A stretch of DNA of 64,000 bases, taken from assembly GCA_040384485.1 (NCBI GenBank), contig JAZKJH010000004.1, forward strand, positions 5,928 to 69,927, written 5' to 3'. Positions 29,444 through 39,466 of the stretch are shown here, one piece after another (position 1 is the stretch's first letter; each line of letters opens with the position of its first letter). The notes beneath the pieces were generated by a model that saw only the letters and a list, made by a program, of their open reading frames with translations, was not told where the DNA came from and searched no databases. The position numbers were made by a program, and so were the translations under genes. The DNA comes from Patescibacteria group bacterium (GTDB lineage Bacteria; Patescibacteriota; Minisyncoccia; Phycocordibacterales; DATDWN01).

Positions 29444-30391
29444 TTATTTAAAATTTATCTTACTTTTTATAATGTAAGGTTTTTTTCCTTGAGACTCGTA
29501 GTATGTTCTCATTAAAATCTCAGCGAGTATTCCCATCACCACCAACTGAACACCAACAATAACAAACAGAGCTGAAAAAACTGGTAATGGAGTCTGAACA
29601 AAATCTTTGTAACCAACTATTTTGAAAATTAATGACAGTGTACCTGAAATAGCTCCAACACCTAGTGAAATGAAGCCAATTCCCCCAAAAAAATGCATGG
29701 GTCTATTCATATATTTGTCCAAAAACTTTATAACAATAAGATCTAACAAGACCTTAAAAGTCCGCCCAATACCGTAATTACTTTTTCCGTGAATTCTTGG
29801 TCTCTGGTTAACAACTATCTCAGTAACCTTTGCGCCACGCCAAAATGCATATGCAGGAATAAATCTGTGCATTTCTCCGTATAAATTTGTATTCTCTAAC
29901 ACCTCCTTTTTATATGCCTTCAGTATACAACCATAATCATGTAGTTTTATGCCTGTGATTTTTGATATAAACCAGTTAGCTACAACTGAAGGTAACTTTC
30001 TTTTAATAAACTGTTTCTTCCATCTGTCTTTTCTCCAACCAGATACAACATCAAACCCTTCATGTATTTTTTCAACCAGTTTTGGTATATCGTTTGGGTC
30101 GTTTTCTAGATCACTGTCGATAGTAATAATCACATCCCCTTCAGCACTTTCGATTCCTGCGGATAAAGCACTTGTTTGACCTTTATTTACTTGGAAATTT
30201 ATTACCTTTATACGAGAGTTGTCTTTTGCCAAACTCTGCAAAACTGTAAAGGAGTCGTCTTTTGAACCGTCGTTTACGGCAATTATCTCGTATTGCAAGG
30301 TAAGTTTATTTAAAACAGCTTCAAGTTCTCCTACTAAAATAGGTATATTTTTTGACTCGTTATAGACAGGAGTGACAACAGATATTTTCAT
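29444..30391 (-). CDS. GT2 polyprenol-phosphate glycosyltransferase (GtrB/ArnC-like)
   Basis: PVYNE, NDGSKD, IDSDLENDP, YGEMHRFIP, two C-terminal TMs. Confidence 0.92.
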   Translation of the reverse strand: MKISVVTPVYNESKNIPILVGELEAVLNKLTLQYEIIAVNDGSKDDSFTVLQSLAKDNSRIKVINFQVNKGQTSALSAGIESAEGDVIITIDSDLENDPNDIPKLVEKIHEGFDVVSGWRKDRWKKQFIKRKLPSVVANWFISKITGIKLHDYGCILKAYKKEVLENTNLYGEMHRFIPAYAFWRGAKVTEIVVNQRPRIHGKSNYGIGRTFKVLLDLIVIKFLDKYMNRPMHFFGGIGFISLGVGAISGTLSLIFKIVGYKDFVQTPLPVFSALFVIVGVQLVVMGILAEILMRTYYESQGKKPYIIKSKINFK

Positions 30392-30447
30392 ATATTCATA
30401 CTATAAGGGTTTTCTGCCAAAGAATCCAGTTTTTGATTATTCCTTTT

Positions 30448-32043
30448 CTATGGGGTTTTTTGTCTATATACGTATAGATTTGGACCGAAATTTTTTAATT
30501 TAAAATATGAAACGTCAAAATAACTACCTGAACTATCTAAGGAATAATAACTTGCATCACCTACATCGTTAATAAACGAAGCCGTCAATTCTAAATCCTT
30601 ACTTGTTGTGGCTGACCTCAGAATTAAGTAATTATCAAAATTCTTCAGATCGGGAACTTTTGTGGGATCGGTGTGAAAATCGAGAAGCAATGGCTTAAAA
30701 TCCGATTTTAAATCATTATCTTTTGTTGCCTTACACAGGCTCCCGCATTCAGTACTCTTAAACAAGATCGCAGACTTTTTATTGAGTGATATAGGCACAT
30801 CAACACCAACATTATTAACTAAAACTACGTTATCTAGAGAATAAAAATTTTTATTAATAAAATTAATCAAATTATGACTAGTGGTAGGAACGGAAATATA
30901 GTAAACAGAAAAAACTAAATACAAAAAAACTACAAATACTGGGATGAGTAATACTTTTCGAAAGCTATATTCAAAACTCGCCACAAAAAATGCAATAAAA
31001 AATGGAACTGGAAAAAGATAGCGTAGTGAGGATTGAGGAGCAATAGACCACCTATCTACAAAAATTATTAAAAAAGTGAATGCAATAAGATAAGTTAGTG
31101 AAATCCAAAATAAATTAAAATTCTTTACCCTGCCCTTAAAAGATCCATAAATGGCAAAGAAAATTAAAACTGGAAACATAACAAAAATTTTTTCCAAATG
31201 AGAAAGCAGAGATTCAAAAAAAGTAAGATTATAAATTTTTGCACCAGCAGAAAATGAATAATCATATATGATGCTGTACACCTGTGCCTTTACCCCTGAA
31301 AAATTAGTCAGTGTTATTAATATAAATACAACTAGGCCCACCAAACTTGAAAACAGAAGTTCTTTTAATACGTCTTTATTCCTGAATTTTTTATATAAAA
31401 TAATGGGTATAGTGATCAAACTAATTCCCATAAAAGGAAAATTGGAAAACGCCAAAAAAGCCAATATAACTGAATACCAAATATATTTTTTTTGCACATG
31501 TGATTCTTCGGTGTCAAAAACCTGTAGTAAGAAATAAAAAGAGAGCAGAAAAAGAAACGTCGATAAAATCCAAACCTTACTTGTGTGTAACAATAGATTC
31601 ACAAGAATATTACCGAATAATATGAAAACAATAACTAGTCTGTTCCTGTAGTCACTAATATATTTTTTCAGAGCTAGATTAAATAAATACAGTGAGGCAA
31701 AAGCGATAACAAAACTTAGTAATCTAGAAGCAAAATAGACTATAGCAGGATAATTAACAATTAAAGATTTTAGAGCTGTAAGATCGAAATCTGCAAATGG
31801 AAACAAAACCAGAAGTGAAATACCTACAAAAATATAAGATAAATAGAATGTAAGTGTTCCATATGGAACATCAAGAGGTAATGGTAAAAAAGTTCCGGCT
31901 TCCATTGACCTTAAAACTGAACCCGAAAAAAACATCTCGTCAGCAACTAAGTTAGTAAATGGAAATCCATGCCATATGCCAATAAAAAAAGACAGTGAAA
32001 TTAGTGCTAATACAACCTTCTCAATAATGCTTTCTCTCATCAT
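30448..32043 (-). CDS. Polytopic membrane protein, probable GT-C (PMT-like) glycosyltransferase
   Basis: ADE in the first loop after TM1, PYG, RYLFP, many TMs. Confidence 0.65.
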   Translation of the reverse strand: MMRESIIEKVVLALISLSFFIGIWHGFPFTNLVADEMFFSGSVLRSMEAGTFLPLPLDVPYGTLTFYLSYIFVGISLLVLFPFADFDLTALKSLIVNYPAIVYFASRLLSFVIAFASLYLFNLALKKYISDYRNRLVIVFILFGNILVNLLLHTSKVWILSTFLFLLSFYFLLQVFDTEESHVQKKYIWYSVILAFLAFSNFPFMGISLITIPIILYKKFRNKDVLKELLFSSLVGLVVFILITLTNFSGVKAQVYSIIYDYSFSAGAKIYNLTFFESLLSHLEKIFVMFPVLIFFAIYGSFKGRVKNFNLFWISLTYLIAFTFLIIFVDRWSIAPQSSLRYLFPVPFFIAFFVASFEYSFRKVLLIPVFVVFLYLVFSVYYISVPTTSHNLINFINKNFYSLDNVVLVNNVGVDVPISLNKKSAILFKSTECGSLCKATKDNDLKSDFKPLLLDFHTDPTKVPDLKNFDNYLILRSATTSKDLELTASFINDVGDASYYSLDSSGSYFDVSYFKLKNFGPNLYVYRQKTP

Positions 32044-32918
32044 TAGAGTTTTTTAGCGACTATAAACATGTTATCTCTTAGATCTGTTGGCAGCGACAAC
32101 CTACCTAACGAGGTTCCCTTTAACCTAATGGCGATTTTCTGAAACAACCCCACCTTCAACCATTTGAATAACATATTGAATATGTATTCTAGGGTGAACT
32201 TCTTACTCATTCTAGTCACTAACAAAACTTCAAAACCATTCCTTGTAAATAACTCTCTTATTCCTCTTTCGTTAAAATAGTGAATATGTTCAGGTGGAAC
32301 GACTAGGTGCCAGTTGATACCCATCATCCTTGCGTAGAAACTGCCACTGTCTGGTGTGTTTACAACCACTAAGCCATTCTGTTTCAACATTTTTTGTATA
32401 ATTTTGATATCGTTTTCTGGGTCAGGCATATGCTCAATAACGTCAAGCATTGTTACTACTTCGTAACCACCTTCTTCAATAGCTAACTTGTCTAATGTCC
32501 CTGTTTTAATATCAAACCCCCTACTTCTGCCCTGTCCAGCTGCAAAGTCTGAAAATTCAACTCCTGAGACTTCGAAACCATCGACTTTGGCAAGCGACAT
32601 AAAAAACCCTGTTGCTGCCCCCACATCAAATAATTTTCCCTTCTTATTAGATATTTTTGTAATCAGATCTAGATACTTTTTAAACGAGTTTCTCATCGGT
32701 TCCTTATCCTCGTCATAATTTACATAACCAAAACCACCACTTCCTCCGGAAAAATATTCGGAATTATAAACCTGATCTAGAGTTTGTGGTTTTTTATATA
32801 AAGACAACATTCTACAGTTAGAACATTTGTAAATATTAAAACCATTCTTTTTTCCAAAAAAAGTTTTATCTTTTGACAGACAACCAACACACCCTATTTC
32901 TTTAATATCATTTTCCAT
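32043..32918 (-). CDS. Class I SAM-dependent methyltransferase with N-terminal Zn-ribbon
   Basis: CVGC...CSNC, FDVGAATG, DVIEH, PPEHIHYF. Confidence 0.92.
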   Translation of the reverse strand: MENDIKEIGCVGCLSKDKTFFGKKNGFNIYKCSNCRMLSLYKKPQTLDQVYNSEYFSGGSGGFGYVNYDEDKEPMRNSFKKYLDLITKISNKKGKLFDVGAATGFFMSLAKVDGFEVSGVEFSDFAAGQGRSRGFDIKTGTLDKLAIEEGGYEVVTMLDVIEHMPDPENDIKIIQKMLKQNGLVVVNTPDSGSFYARMMGINWHLVVPPEHIHYFNERGIRELFTRNGFEVLLVTRMSKKFTLEYIFNMLFKWLKVGLFQKIAIRLKGTSLGRLSLPTDLRDNMFIVAKKL

Positions 32919-33595
32919 GGTGCAAGTATTCCCTCATTAATAATATGTCCTGACATTTTCGACTCCCCTCCTATCCTGTTATTAAAAATAATCGGAACTT
33001 CAGAGAATTTACCTCCAGCTTGATACAGTAAATATTTAAGCTCCATAATAAAAGCATAACCTGACATGTCCATTTTTGAAAAATCTATTTTTCGAAGCAA
33101 GTCAGCATTTATTACATTGAACCCGGCGGTGCAGTCCATAACGGGAATGCCTGTTATGGTTCTACAATACAAATTGCCAAAAAAACTCAATACTCTTCTC
33201 CAAAGTTCCCAACCGTGAGTCCCTCCACCTTTTACATATCGGGAACCGGTCACGACATCATAAGTCTTACTCCTGTTCAACATCTCAGGTAAATATTTTG
33301 GTTGGTGTGACAAATCAGCATCCATCATTATTACCGACTTAACATCTGTATCCTTTAGGACATAATTAAATGCATTTATATATGCCTTACCTAAACCATT
33401 CTTTTCTGGTCGAGAGACAAGGGAAAGGTTTGGATATTGATTTTGCAAACTCCTTACAACATCTGCTGTTCCATCAGGCGAGTTATCATCAGCTACGAGT
33501 ATGTAAACTTCTGGTACAGCTGAAAAAATCTCTGGAACTATCCTAGTTATGTTTTCTCTCTCATTATATGTTGGGAGTATTATTACGTTTTTCAT
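32894..33595 (-). CDS. Polyprenol monophosphomannose synthase-like GT2 (DPM1/Ppm1)
   Basis: PTYNEREN, DDNSPDGT, MDADLSH, GYAFIMEL, GESKMS. Confidence 0.92.
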   Translation of the reverse strand: MKNVIILPTYNERENITRIVPEIFSAVPEVYILVADDNSPDGTADVVRSLQNQYPNLSLVSRPEKNGLGKAYINAFNYVLKDTDVKSVIMMDADLSHQPKYLPEMLNRSKTYDVVTGSRYVKGGGTHGWELWRRVLSFFGNLYCRTITGIPVMDCTAGFNVINADLLRKIDFSKMDMSGYAFIMELKYLLYQAGGKFSEVPIIFNNRIGGESKMSGHIINEGILAPWKMILKK

Positions 33596-34698
33596 TAATT
33601 CAAATTTTTCAGAATCACTTTAACTCTATTTTCCCAGGTATTGTTTTTTACCTTTGTAAAAGCTTGTTCGGCTATTATATCAGCATTAACTCTCCCATCC
33701 AAAACACTCTGTATCCCCTCTAAAAGAGCTTGGGAGTCATCAGGTTTAACAAAAACTGCACTGTCGGTATCTAACACTTCTCTAATAGATGGTAGGTCTG
33801 AGGCCACTATAGGCACCTTGGAAGCCATATATGTAAAAACCTTTAATGGCGAAGTGTAGAGCCTAGAAACCTCATTTTGAGCTGTATTGGGTAACACTAA
33901 AACATCGGCTGATTTTTGGTATGTTGGTAGATCTACATATGGCTTAAAACCCACAAATATCACTTTTGGATAGTTAGATCTAAGATCTACCACATGATTT
34001 TCGTCTCCACCCACAATCACTGCCACAACATTGTCACCAAAACCTCTCGATGCCTTGAGGAAAGTTACAACGCCTTTCCACCCATCCAATCTTCCAGCAT
34101 ACAGAACTACCTTTTTATCCCTTGGTAAATTAAGTAACTTTCTAGCTTCATCTTTTGTTATGTTCAAATCAAAATCTACTATATCTACAGCATCTCGCGA
34201 AACAATTATTTTATTAGCATCTATACCTTTTGAAATATAAAAATCCTTTAAACCCTGTGAAATGGTGACCACTCTAAATGATCCTGCTGAAGCTTTCTTT
34301 GCAAAAAAATTATAACTTCCTGTATGTGTTTCCCATATTACTTTTCTACCAACAAATAAACATAGCCAAGCCAACATTTCGTCTCTGGTAAAAATATAAT
34401 CCGATCTCCAAAAACCGGCCGTAAACAATGAGCCGACAAAAAAAAGAAGTGTTTCCAAGAAAAACCCGATTGGACCAAGATATATAAGTCTCAAACTTAA
34501 GACTTTTTTAATAGCAAAAATACTTTTAACCTTATAAAAATCAAAAAGATTGGTTTTGTTTAGACTAAATAAAAAATTAGGGACGCAAAGTGTTATACCT
34601 ACACCTTCCAGAGCAAAAGCTTCGCATGTCTTTATTATTTGAACACCGTGGGCTTTCTCGGTTGGAAGACGGATTGAGGCAATATATAAAATCTTCAT
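33595..34698 (-). CDS. Glycosyltransferase family 4
   Basis: RLPTEKAHGVQI, YAGRLDGWKG, TSPLKVFTYMAS. Confidence 0.9.
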   Translation of the reverse strand: MKILYIASIRLPTEKAHGVQIIKTCEAFALEGVGITLCVPNFLFSLNKTNLFDFYKVKSIFAIKKVLSLRLIYLGPIGFFLETLLFFVGSLFTAGFWRSDYIFTRDEMLAWLCLFVGRKVIWETHTGSYNFFAKKASAGSFRVVTISQGLKDFYISKGIDANKIIVSRDAVDIVDFDLNITKDEARKLLNLPRDKKVVLYAGRLDGWKGVVTFLKASRGFGDNVVAVIVGGDENHVVDLRSNYPKVIFVGFKPYVDLPTYQKSADVLVLPNTAQNEVSRLYTSPLKVFTYMASKVPIVASDLPSIREVLDTDSAVFVKPDDSQALLEGIQSVLDGRVNADIIAEQAFTKVKNNTWENRVKVILKNLN

Positions 34699-34775
34699 AT
34701 CAATCCGGTAATTTAACTGAGATAATATTATTGCTTAAAACCCTTATAATTGTTAATATCATATCAAATTCTACT

Positions 34776-35537
34776 ATGGAAAACAACACTGAACTCGGTA
34801 ATTTAAAGCCTAAAATTTCTGGTTTTTTTCCTTTTTTAAATGACTGGGGAACAATAGGAAGTTTGGTGCTTGGACTTGATTCTAAACTACAGCAAATATC
34901 CTCAGAATATGAAATTTTGATTATTGATGATGGGAGTGATAGTTCAGCAAAAGATATTTTGAAATCCCTACAGATTGCTTTCCCGAAAGTACGTGTAATC
35001 TCCCACCCACATAATAGAGGTTATGGTGGTGCACTTAGATCTGGATTTGAAAATGCAAAGCATGAGTGGATATTCTACACAGATGGAGACGCTCAGTATG
35101 ACCCTAGGGAAATAACACTACTTGTTGAAAAAATCGCCCCGAATGTAGATGTAATAAATGGATATAAAATAAAGAGATCAGATCCGTTTTACAGAAAAAT
35201 TACCGGAAAGTGCTATCACTTTGTAGTTAAATTGCTTTTTAATGTGCCTATTAGAGACACTGATTGTGATTTTAGACTAATAAGAAAAAAGGTCTTTGAA
35301 AAAGTAAGACTGGAAGAAAACACTGGTTTAATCTGTACTGAAATGATAAGGAAAATTTCAGACGCGGGATTTAATTTTGTTGAAGTCCCGGTGCACCACT
35401 TTTGGAGAACTAGCGGAAAATCCCAATTTTTTAATTTAGTAAGAGTTGGCCAAGTAATTATTGGTCTATTGGGTTTATGGCACAGGTTAGTTCTTAAGCC
35501 TAAGCATTTTATATATGGAAATCAAAAGAATACATAA
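34776..35537 (+). CDS. GT2 (DPM1-like) glycosyltransferase
   Basis: IDDGS, NRGYGGALRSG, YTDGDAQYD, DTDCDFRL; start moved to ATG 34776. Confidence 0.9.
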   Translation: MENNTELGNLKPKISGFFPFLNDWGTIGSLVLGLDSKLQQISSEYEILIIDDGSDSSAKDILKSLQIAFPKVRVISHPHNRGYGGALRSGFENAKHEWIFYTDGDAQYDPREITLLVEKIAPNVDVINGYKIKRSDPFYRKITGKCYHFVVKLLFNVPIRDTDCDFRLIRKKVFEKVRLEENTGLICTEMIRKISDAGFNFVEVPVHHFWRTSGKSQFFNLVRVGQVIIGLLGLWHRLVLKPKHFIYGNQKNT

Positions 35538-36105
35538 ACCTGATGAAAAAACCATTAGAGAAATCTCTAGAATACACTACTCGGTTCTAACAGAATCATT
35601 TTTGAACAATTTTGGTTTAAGTTTTTTAGAAAAAGTATATACAAATCTTTTAGAGTCTCCGGACTCTATACTGCTAGTATCCGAGGAGAATGAAGTAATT
35701 ACTGGCTACGCACTGGCCTTTACTGGCTACTCCAAGTTTTTTAGAACAGCAATTTGTAATAATAGACTGGCTTTGGGGACAATAGTTATCAAGAAAATAT
35801 TACAAAAACCTTCTTTTGTTTTCAAAATTGCATCCTCTCTGTTTAACTCTACAAAAGAAGATGGGCATGCTGAGTTACAGTTTATTGCCATTATTCCAGA
35901 AAGCCAGGGTAAAAACATTGGAACAAGACTTATAAATCTACTAAATGAAGAGTTTAGATTAAAAAACATAACAAACTATTATGTTGGGACAAAAGCAGAA
36001 AACCCCCTCTCTAACCAATTCTACAGAAAACTAGGATTTAAACAGATTTCGACGAAACAATATTTTGGTGACAAATTAAATTTCTACATCTCACCCAATA
36101 TCTAA
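35515..36105 (+). CDS. GNAT-family N-acetyltransferase
   Basis: IAIIPESQGKNIG (motif A), N..SNQFYRKLGF. Confidence 0.88.
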   Translation: MEIKRIHKPDEKTIREISRIHYSVLTESFLNNFGLSFLEKVYTNLLESPDSILLVSEENEVITGYALAFTGYSKFFRTAICNNRLALGTIVIKKILQKPSFVFKIASSLFNSTKEDGHAELQFIAIIPESQGKNIGTRLINLLNEEFRLKNITNYYVGTKAENPLSNQFYRKLGFKQISTKQYFGDKLNFYISPNI

Positions 36106-37530
36106 CTATTTTGATACGACAACATATCTATCAAACTCTTTCAAGATGGTGTATCCGTTGAACATATCCCCTTCCTTCAAAAAAAGATCTTTTTTTGTAA
36201 CAACCAACAAATCCGTTCTTTCTTTAATAAGACCTATATTTTTTTCTCCAAACTGAGTGGCAACTGTGCCTGAAAAATACTGATAGTAATTGAAATGCTT
36301 CAAAGATATAACCGTCTCTGGAGCTTGATAGAAAAAAACTATAGTGTCGCTTGGAATTTCCCTTATCACCGAATCAATAGACTCAAATCTACGACTACTA
36401 TATGAATCCGCAACCCAGGAGTTAAATCCCAATTGATAAATCTGAAAAACCACCAATACTCCTAGACCGATACGAAAAGCATTTTTAAGCCAAATCGTGC
36501 TATTAGAATACTTAAAAATATTTGAACTTAAAAAAATCAAGCTTAAAATTTCTGGTATAAAAAAATATCTATAATATGGCGGGTTCCTGAAATACAATAT
36601 AAACACAAAAAAAGAAATAGAATACAAATAAGCCTCAAATAAATCGATTTTTCTTCCCATATATCTTGAATGCAGCAAAGTTATCGTCCAGAAAATAAAA
36701 ACTCCGCCTGCAAAAAGTGTTCTTGGTCCACTTACAAAATCCTTCAGATTGGTAATTACCGACTCAAATATATTTACTGAGTGAGGATTACCATAGTAGT
36801 TAATTATTGCTCCTAATCCATCAGTATTATCGAACTGAACAGAAAACCAAAGTATGATAGGTATCAAAATTGAAACAAATAACACGCCGAGATTTTTTAC
36901 GTTTATAGTACCCTGTCTCCAATAGACAGCCCATAAAAAATATAACATGCCAGGTAAGACTAAAATGAAAATTGGTTTTGTGACTAAAGTCAAACCAAAG
37001 GTTAGCCCAAGAAAAGCCAAATTAAAAAAACTGCTCCTACCTTCACACAACCTCTTTATAAATAAAGCACTAAGCAGCAACCAAAATAATCCTGGTACTT
37101 CACCTAAAACATTTTTACCATGACCATATAAAGGTGGAAAGGTGCCCACTAATAACAATCCCCAAACTAACTCCTCTTTTGCTTTACCCTTTAAAACAGA
37201 GAAAACAGCAAATACAAAAAGTAGTATATAGATACCCATAACTATCCTTGCATTCATCAAACTAACTCCAAACAAGTTAAAAGATGTAGCAATTGGATAA
37301 GTCACAGTATAGCTAGTAGAAATGAAGCTTGGAGAAATTATCTCCCCAGGCGCTATTTGAAATCCGTACACCCCCTGTTCAGATAAATTGTGGGCTGTCT
37401 GAACTATCAAACCCTCATCTGTCCAAGTTGGAGGACTTTCAGTTAGTTTGTAAAAAGTGAAAAAAAATATACCTATGAAAATAGTGATTAGAACTAAGTT
37501 AAATTTATTTATAATATATGGATTACTCAT
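36106..37530 (-). CDS. ArnT/PMT-like GT-C glycosyltransferase
   Basis: WTDEG in the first loop, VLGEVP, TKP, RYF; many TMs. Confidence 0.78.
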   Translation of the reverse strand: MSNPYIINKFNLVLITIFIGIFFFTFYKLTESPPTWTDEGLIVQTAHNLSEQGVYGFQIAPGEIISPSFISTSYTVTYPIATSFNLFGVSLMNARIVMGIYILLFVFAVFSVLKGKAKEELVWGLLLVGTFPPLYGHGKNVLGEVPGLFWLLLSALFIKRLCEGRSSFFNLAFLGLTFGLTLVTKPIFILVLPGMLYFLWAVYWRQGTINVKNLGVLFVSILIPIILWFSVQFDNTDGLGAIINYYGNPHSVNIFESVITNLKDFVSGPRTLFAGGVFIFWTITLLHSRYMGRKIDLFEAYLYSISFFVFILYFRNPPYYRYFFIPEILSLIFLSSNIFKYSNSTIWLKNAFRIGLGVLVVFQIYQLGFNSWVADSYSSRRFESIDSVIREIPSDTIVFFYQAPETVISLKHFNYYQYFSGTVATQFGEKNIGLIKERTDLLVVTKKDLFLKEGDMFNGYTILKEFDRYVVVSK

Positions 37531-38569
37531 ATGCTTTTATAAAGTCTTTACTCAAAACATAGTTAAAGTATCTATCGCTTCTTAAATAAGTTTCAAACAT
37601 AGCTCTACTAGTTTTTTGTTTCTCAACAAAATCCGCGGCAGTTAGTGAGTTATAGTATTCAGAAATAATTTGATCTATATTTTTCATACTACTTACATTT
37701 ATTTTCAGTAGAAACCTGCTATAGTCGATGATATTCTCTAGCGGCAAAGCACAGTCTGTGTCCAACAAAACAGGTATCTTACCTAGACTTAAAATCTCAT
37801 AAAATCTGATAGAGAAATTACCGTCCCCTTTGATAGCTAGTGAAAAATCTGAGTTTACAATGTTATTTACATACTCCACCCTAGCAGTTTCCATACTTAT
37901 TCTTCTGGTTTTTTCATTACCAGAAAAACTGTTGCGAATGATGAAATTTGTGGAAACTAAACTGGATTTTTTTAGGATACCAAGAGCCTTGATCCTTAAA
38001 ACCAAACCTCTTGTGTGAAAAAAATAATTAGTACTCAATAAAATAGATTTAATATGTATAACCGATTTTTTTACATTCTCAACCATTCTTCTATAAAAAC
38101 TGCTGTAATCTGCCCACCCACAGAAACCAACCACTGGTTTATCAATTTTTTCTCTAAATGTTAGTTCTCTCCCCTCCAGTAAATCATCAGCGATAGCTGG
38201 CATTATTATCTCGTTTGATTTTTTCTTGTATTTATACTGAGACGTTCTGAAAATAATACTGTTAGGTATGTTTATGTCGGCATCAGAGTCACCGTAACAA
38301 AAAACTAAAATCTTTTTGTTGTGTTTTTCGGACAGACTGACAAAATCCTTTAAATACTTTTTATCCTTGATATAAAAAAAGTTGTGTGGAATAAGAAAAT
38401 AATCCGATGCCTCTGGAGTTTCGACTAAATTAAAAAACTGTTTATTAAAAAGCTTTAAGGCAGAATCCCCTGCACGGTTTTTACCAAAACTACTACTGCC
38501 AAAATAGTGATCAAGCAAAGGAATGTGCATCAATCCCTCTATTTTTTTGTATATATAAATATTAAGCAT
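37523..38569 (-). CDS. Exostosin (GT47)-family glycosyltransferase
   Basis: SDFSLAIKGDGNFSIRFYEILSLGKIPVLLDTDCALPLENIIDY matches the exostosin C-terminal signature. Confidence 0.82.
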   Translation of the reverse strand: MLNIYIYKKIEGLMHIPLLDHYFGSSSFGKNRAGDSALKLFNKQFFNLVETPEASDYFLIPHNFFYIKDKKYLKDFVSLSEKHNKKILVFCYGDSDADINIPNSIIFRTSQYKYKKKSNEIIMPAIADDLLEGRELTFREKIDKPVVGFCGWADYSSFYRRMVENVKKSVIHIKSILLSTNYFFHTRGLVLRIKALGILKKSSLVSTNFIIRNSFSGNEKTRRISMETARVEYVNNIVNSDFSLAIKGDGNFSIRFYEILSLGKIPVLLDTDCALPLENIIDYSRFLLKINVSSMKNIDQIISEYYNSLTAADFVEKQKTSRAMFETYLRSDRYFNYVLSKDFIKAYE

Positions 38570-39464
38570 CTTTTCTGTATATACACAGCATTCCAAAATC
38601 CTTTTGTTTAAATGGTGTTATCAAAAAATCAAAACAATACAATGCAGAATAAAGTGCAAAACCCCATACAAATCTTATGGTGTTTCTAAAGCCCTTGTTT
38701 CGTTTCCACTCTCCGAACAAATGGGTGTTCCCTAACTCATATTTTAATGTTGGTGGTCTGTGATACCAGGCAGTTACCAAGGTAAAACCTTTTTTCTTAA
38801 AAAACATATCTAGATTATTTTTGGAAAAATAAAACAAATGGTGTGGAGGTGTCAGAACTGACCAAGGTAGTCTCCAAAAGTTTGTGAAAAACCTAGTGGA
38901 CCTGGCCCAGTTAGAATCCATGTTGGGTATTGATACAACCAACAACCCTCCACTCACTAGATACTCACTACATTCTTGTATTAACTTATCTGGGTTATTC
39001 GAGTGCTCTAATACATCCCCTAATCTCAAAATCCCAAAAAAATTTTTCGCAAAGCTCGACTGATTCAAAAATCCACAATAAACATTCAATCCCCTACTGT
39101 TTCCTATATCTGCCGTGGTTTGGTTCGGTTCAACACCAGCCACTGTAAACCCAGCTTTTTTTGCATAGAACAAAAACTCGCCGTCAGAAGCACCCACATC
39201 TAAAACATTTTTGTTTGGGGAATTTTGTCTCAAAACCTCTTCTAAGATTTTTTTATATTTATAATTTTCAGTTTTTGTATAATCGTTCTTTGTCTTATTA
39301 GACTGGTAACCAACCTTCGGAGAATAAACTATGGAAAGCTCTTCGTCACTTGGCATAGGGCTCACAAAAAGCAGTTTACACCCTGAACATTCAAGAAAAT
39401 TATAGCCATCATGCCTTATAAAAGACTCTGACTCTCCATCACAAATAATACATTTAACACTCAT
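38562..39464 (-). CDS. Class I SAM-dependent methyltransferase with N-terminal Zn-ribbon
   Basis: CIIC...CSGC, LDVGASDG, DVLEH, PPHHLFYF. Confidence 0.9.
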   Translation of the reverse strand: MSVKCIICDGESESFIRHDGYNFLECSGCKLLFVSPMPSDEELSIVYSPKVGYQSNKTKNDYTKTENYKYKKILEEVLRQNSPNKNVLDVGASDGEFLFYAKKAGFTVAGVEPNQTTADIGNSRGLNVYCGFLNQSSFAKNFFGILRLGDVLEHSNNPDKLIQECSEYLVSGGLLVVSIPNMDSNWARSTRFFTNFWRLPWSVLTPPHHLFYFSKNNLDMFFKKKGFTLVTAWYHRPPTLKYELGNTHLFGEWKRNKGFRNTIRFVWGFALYSALYCFDFLITPFKQKDFGMLCIYRKDA

Positions 39465-39466
39465 AA

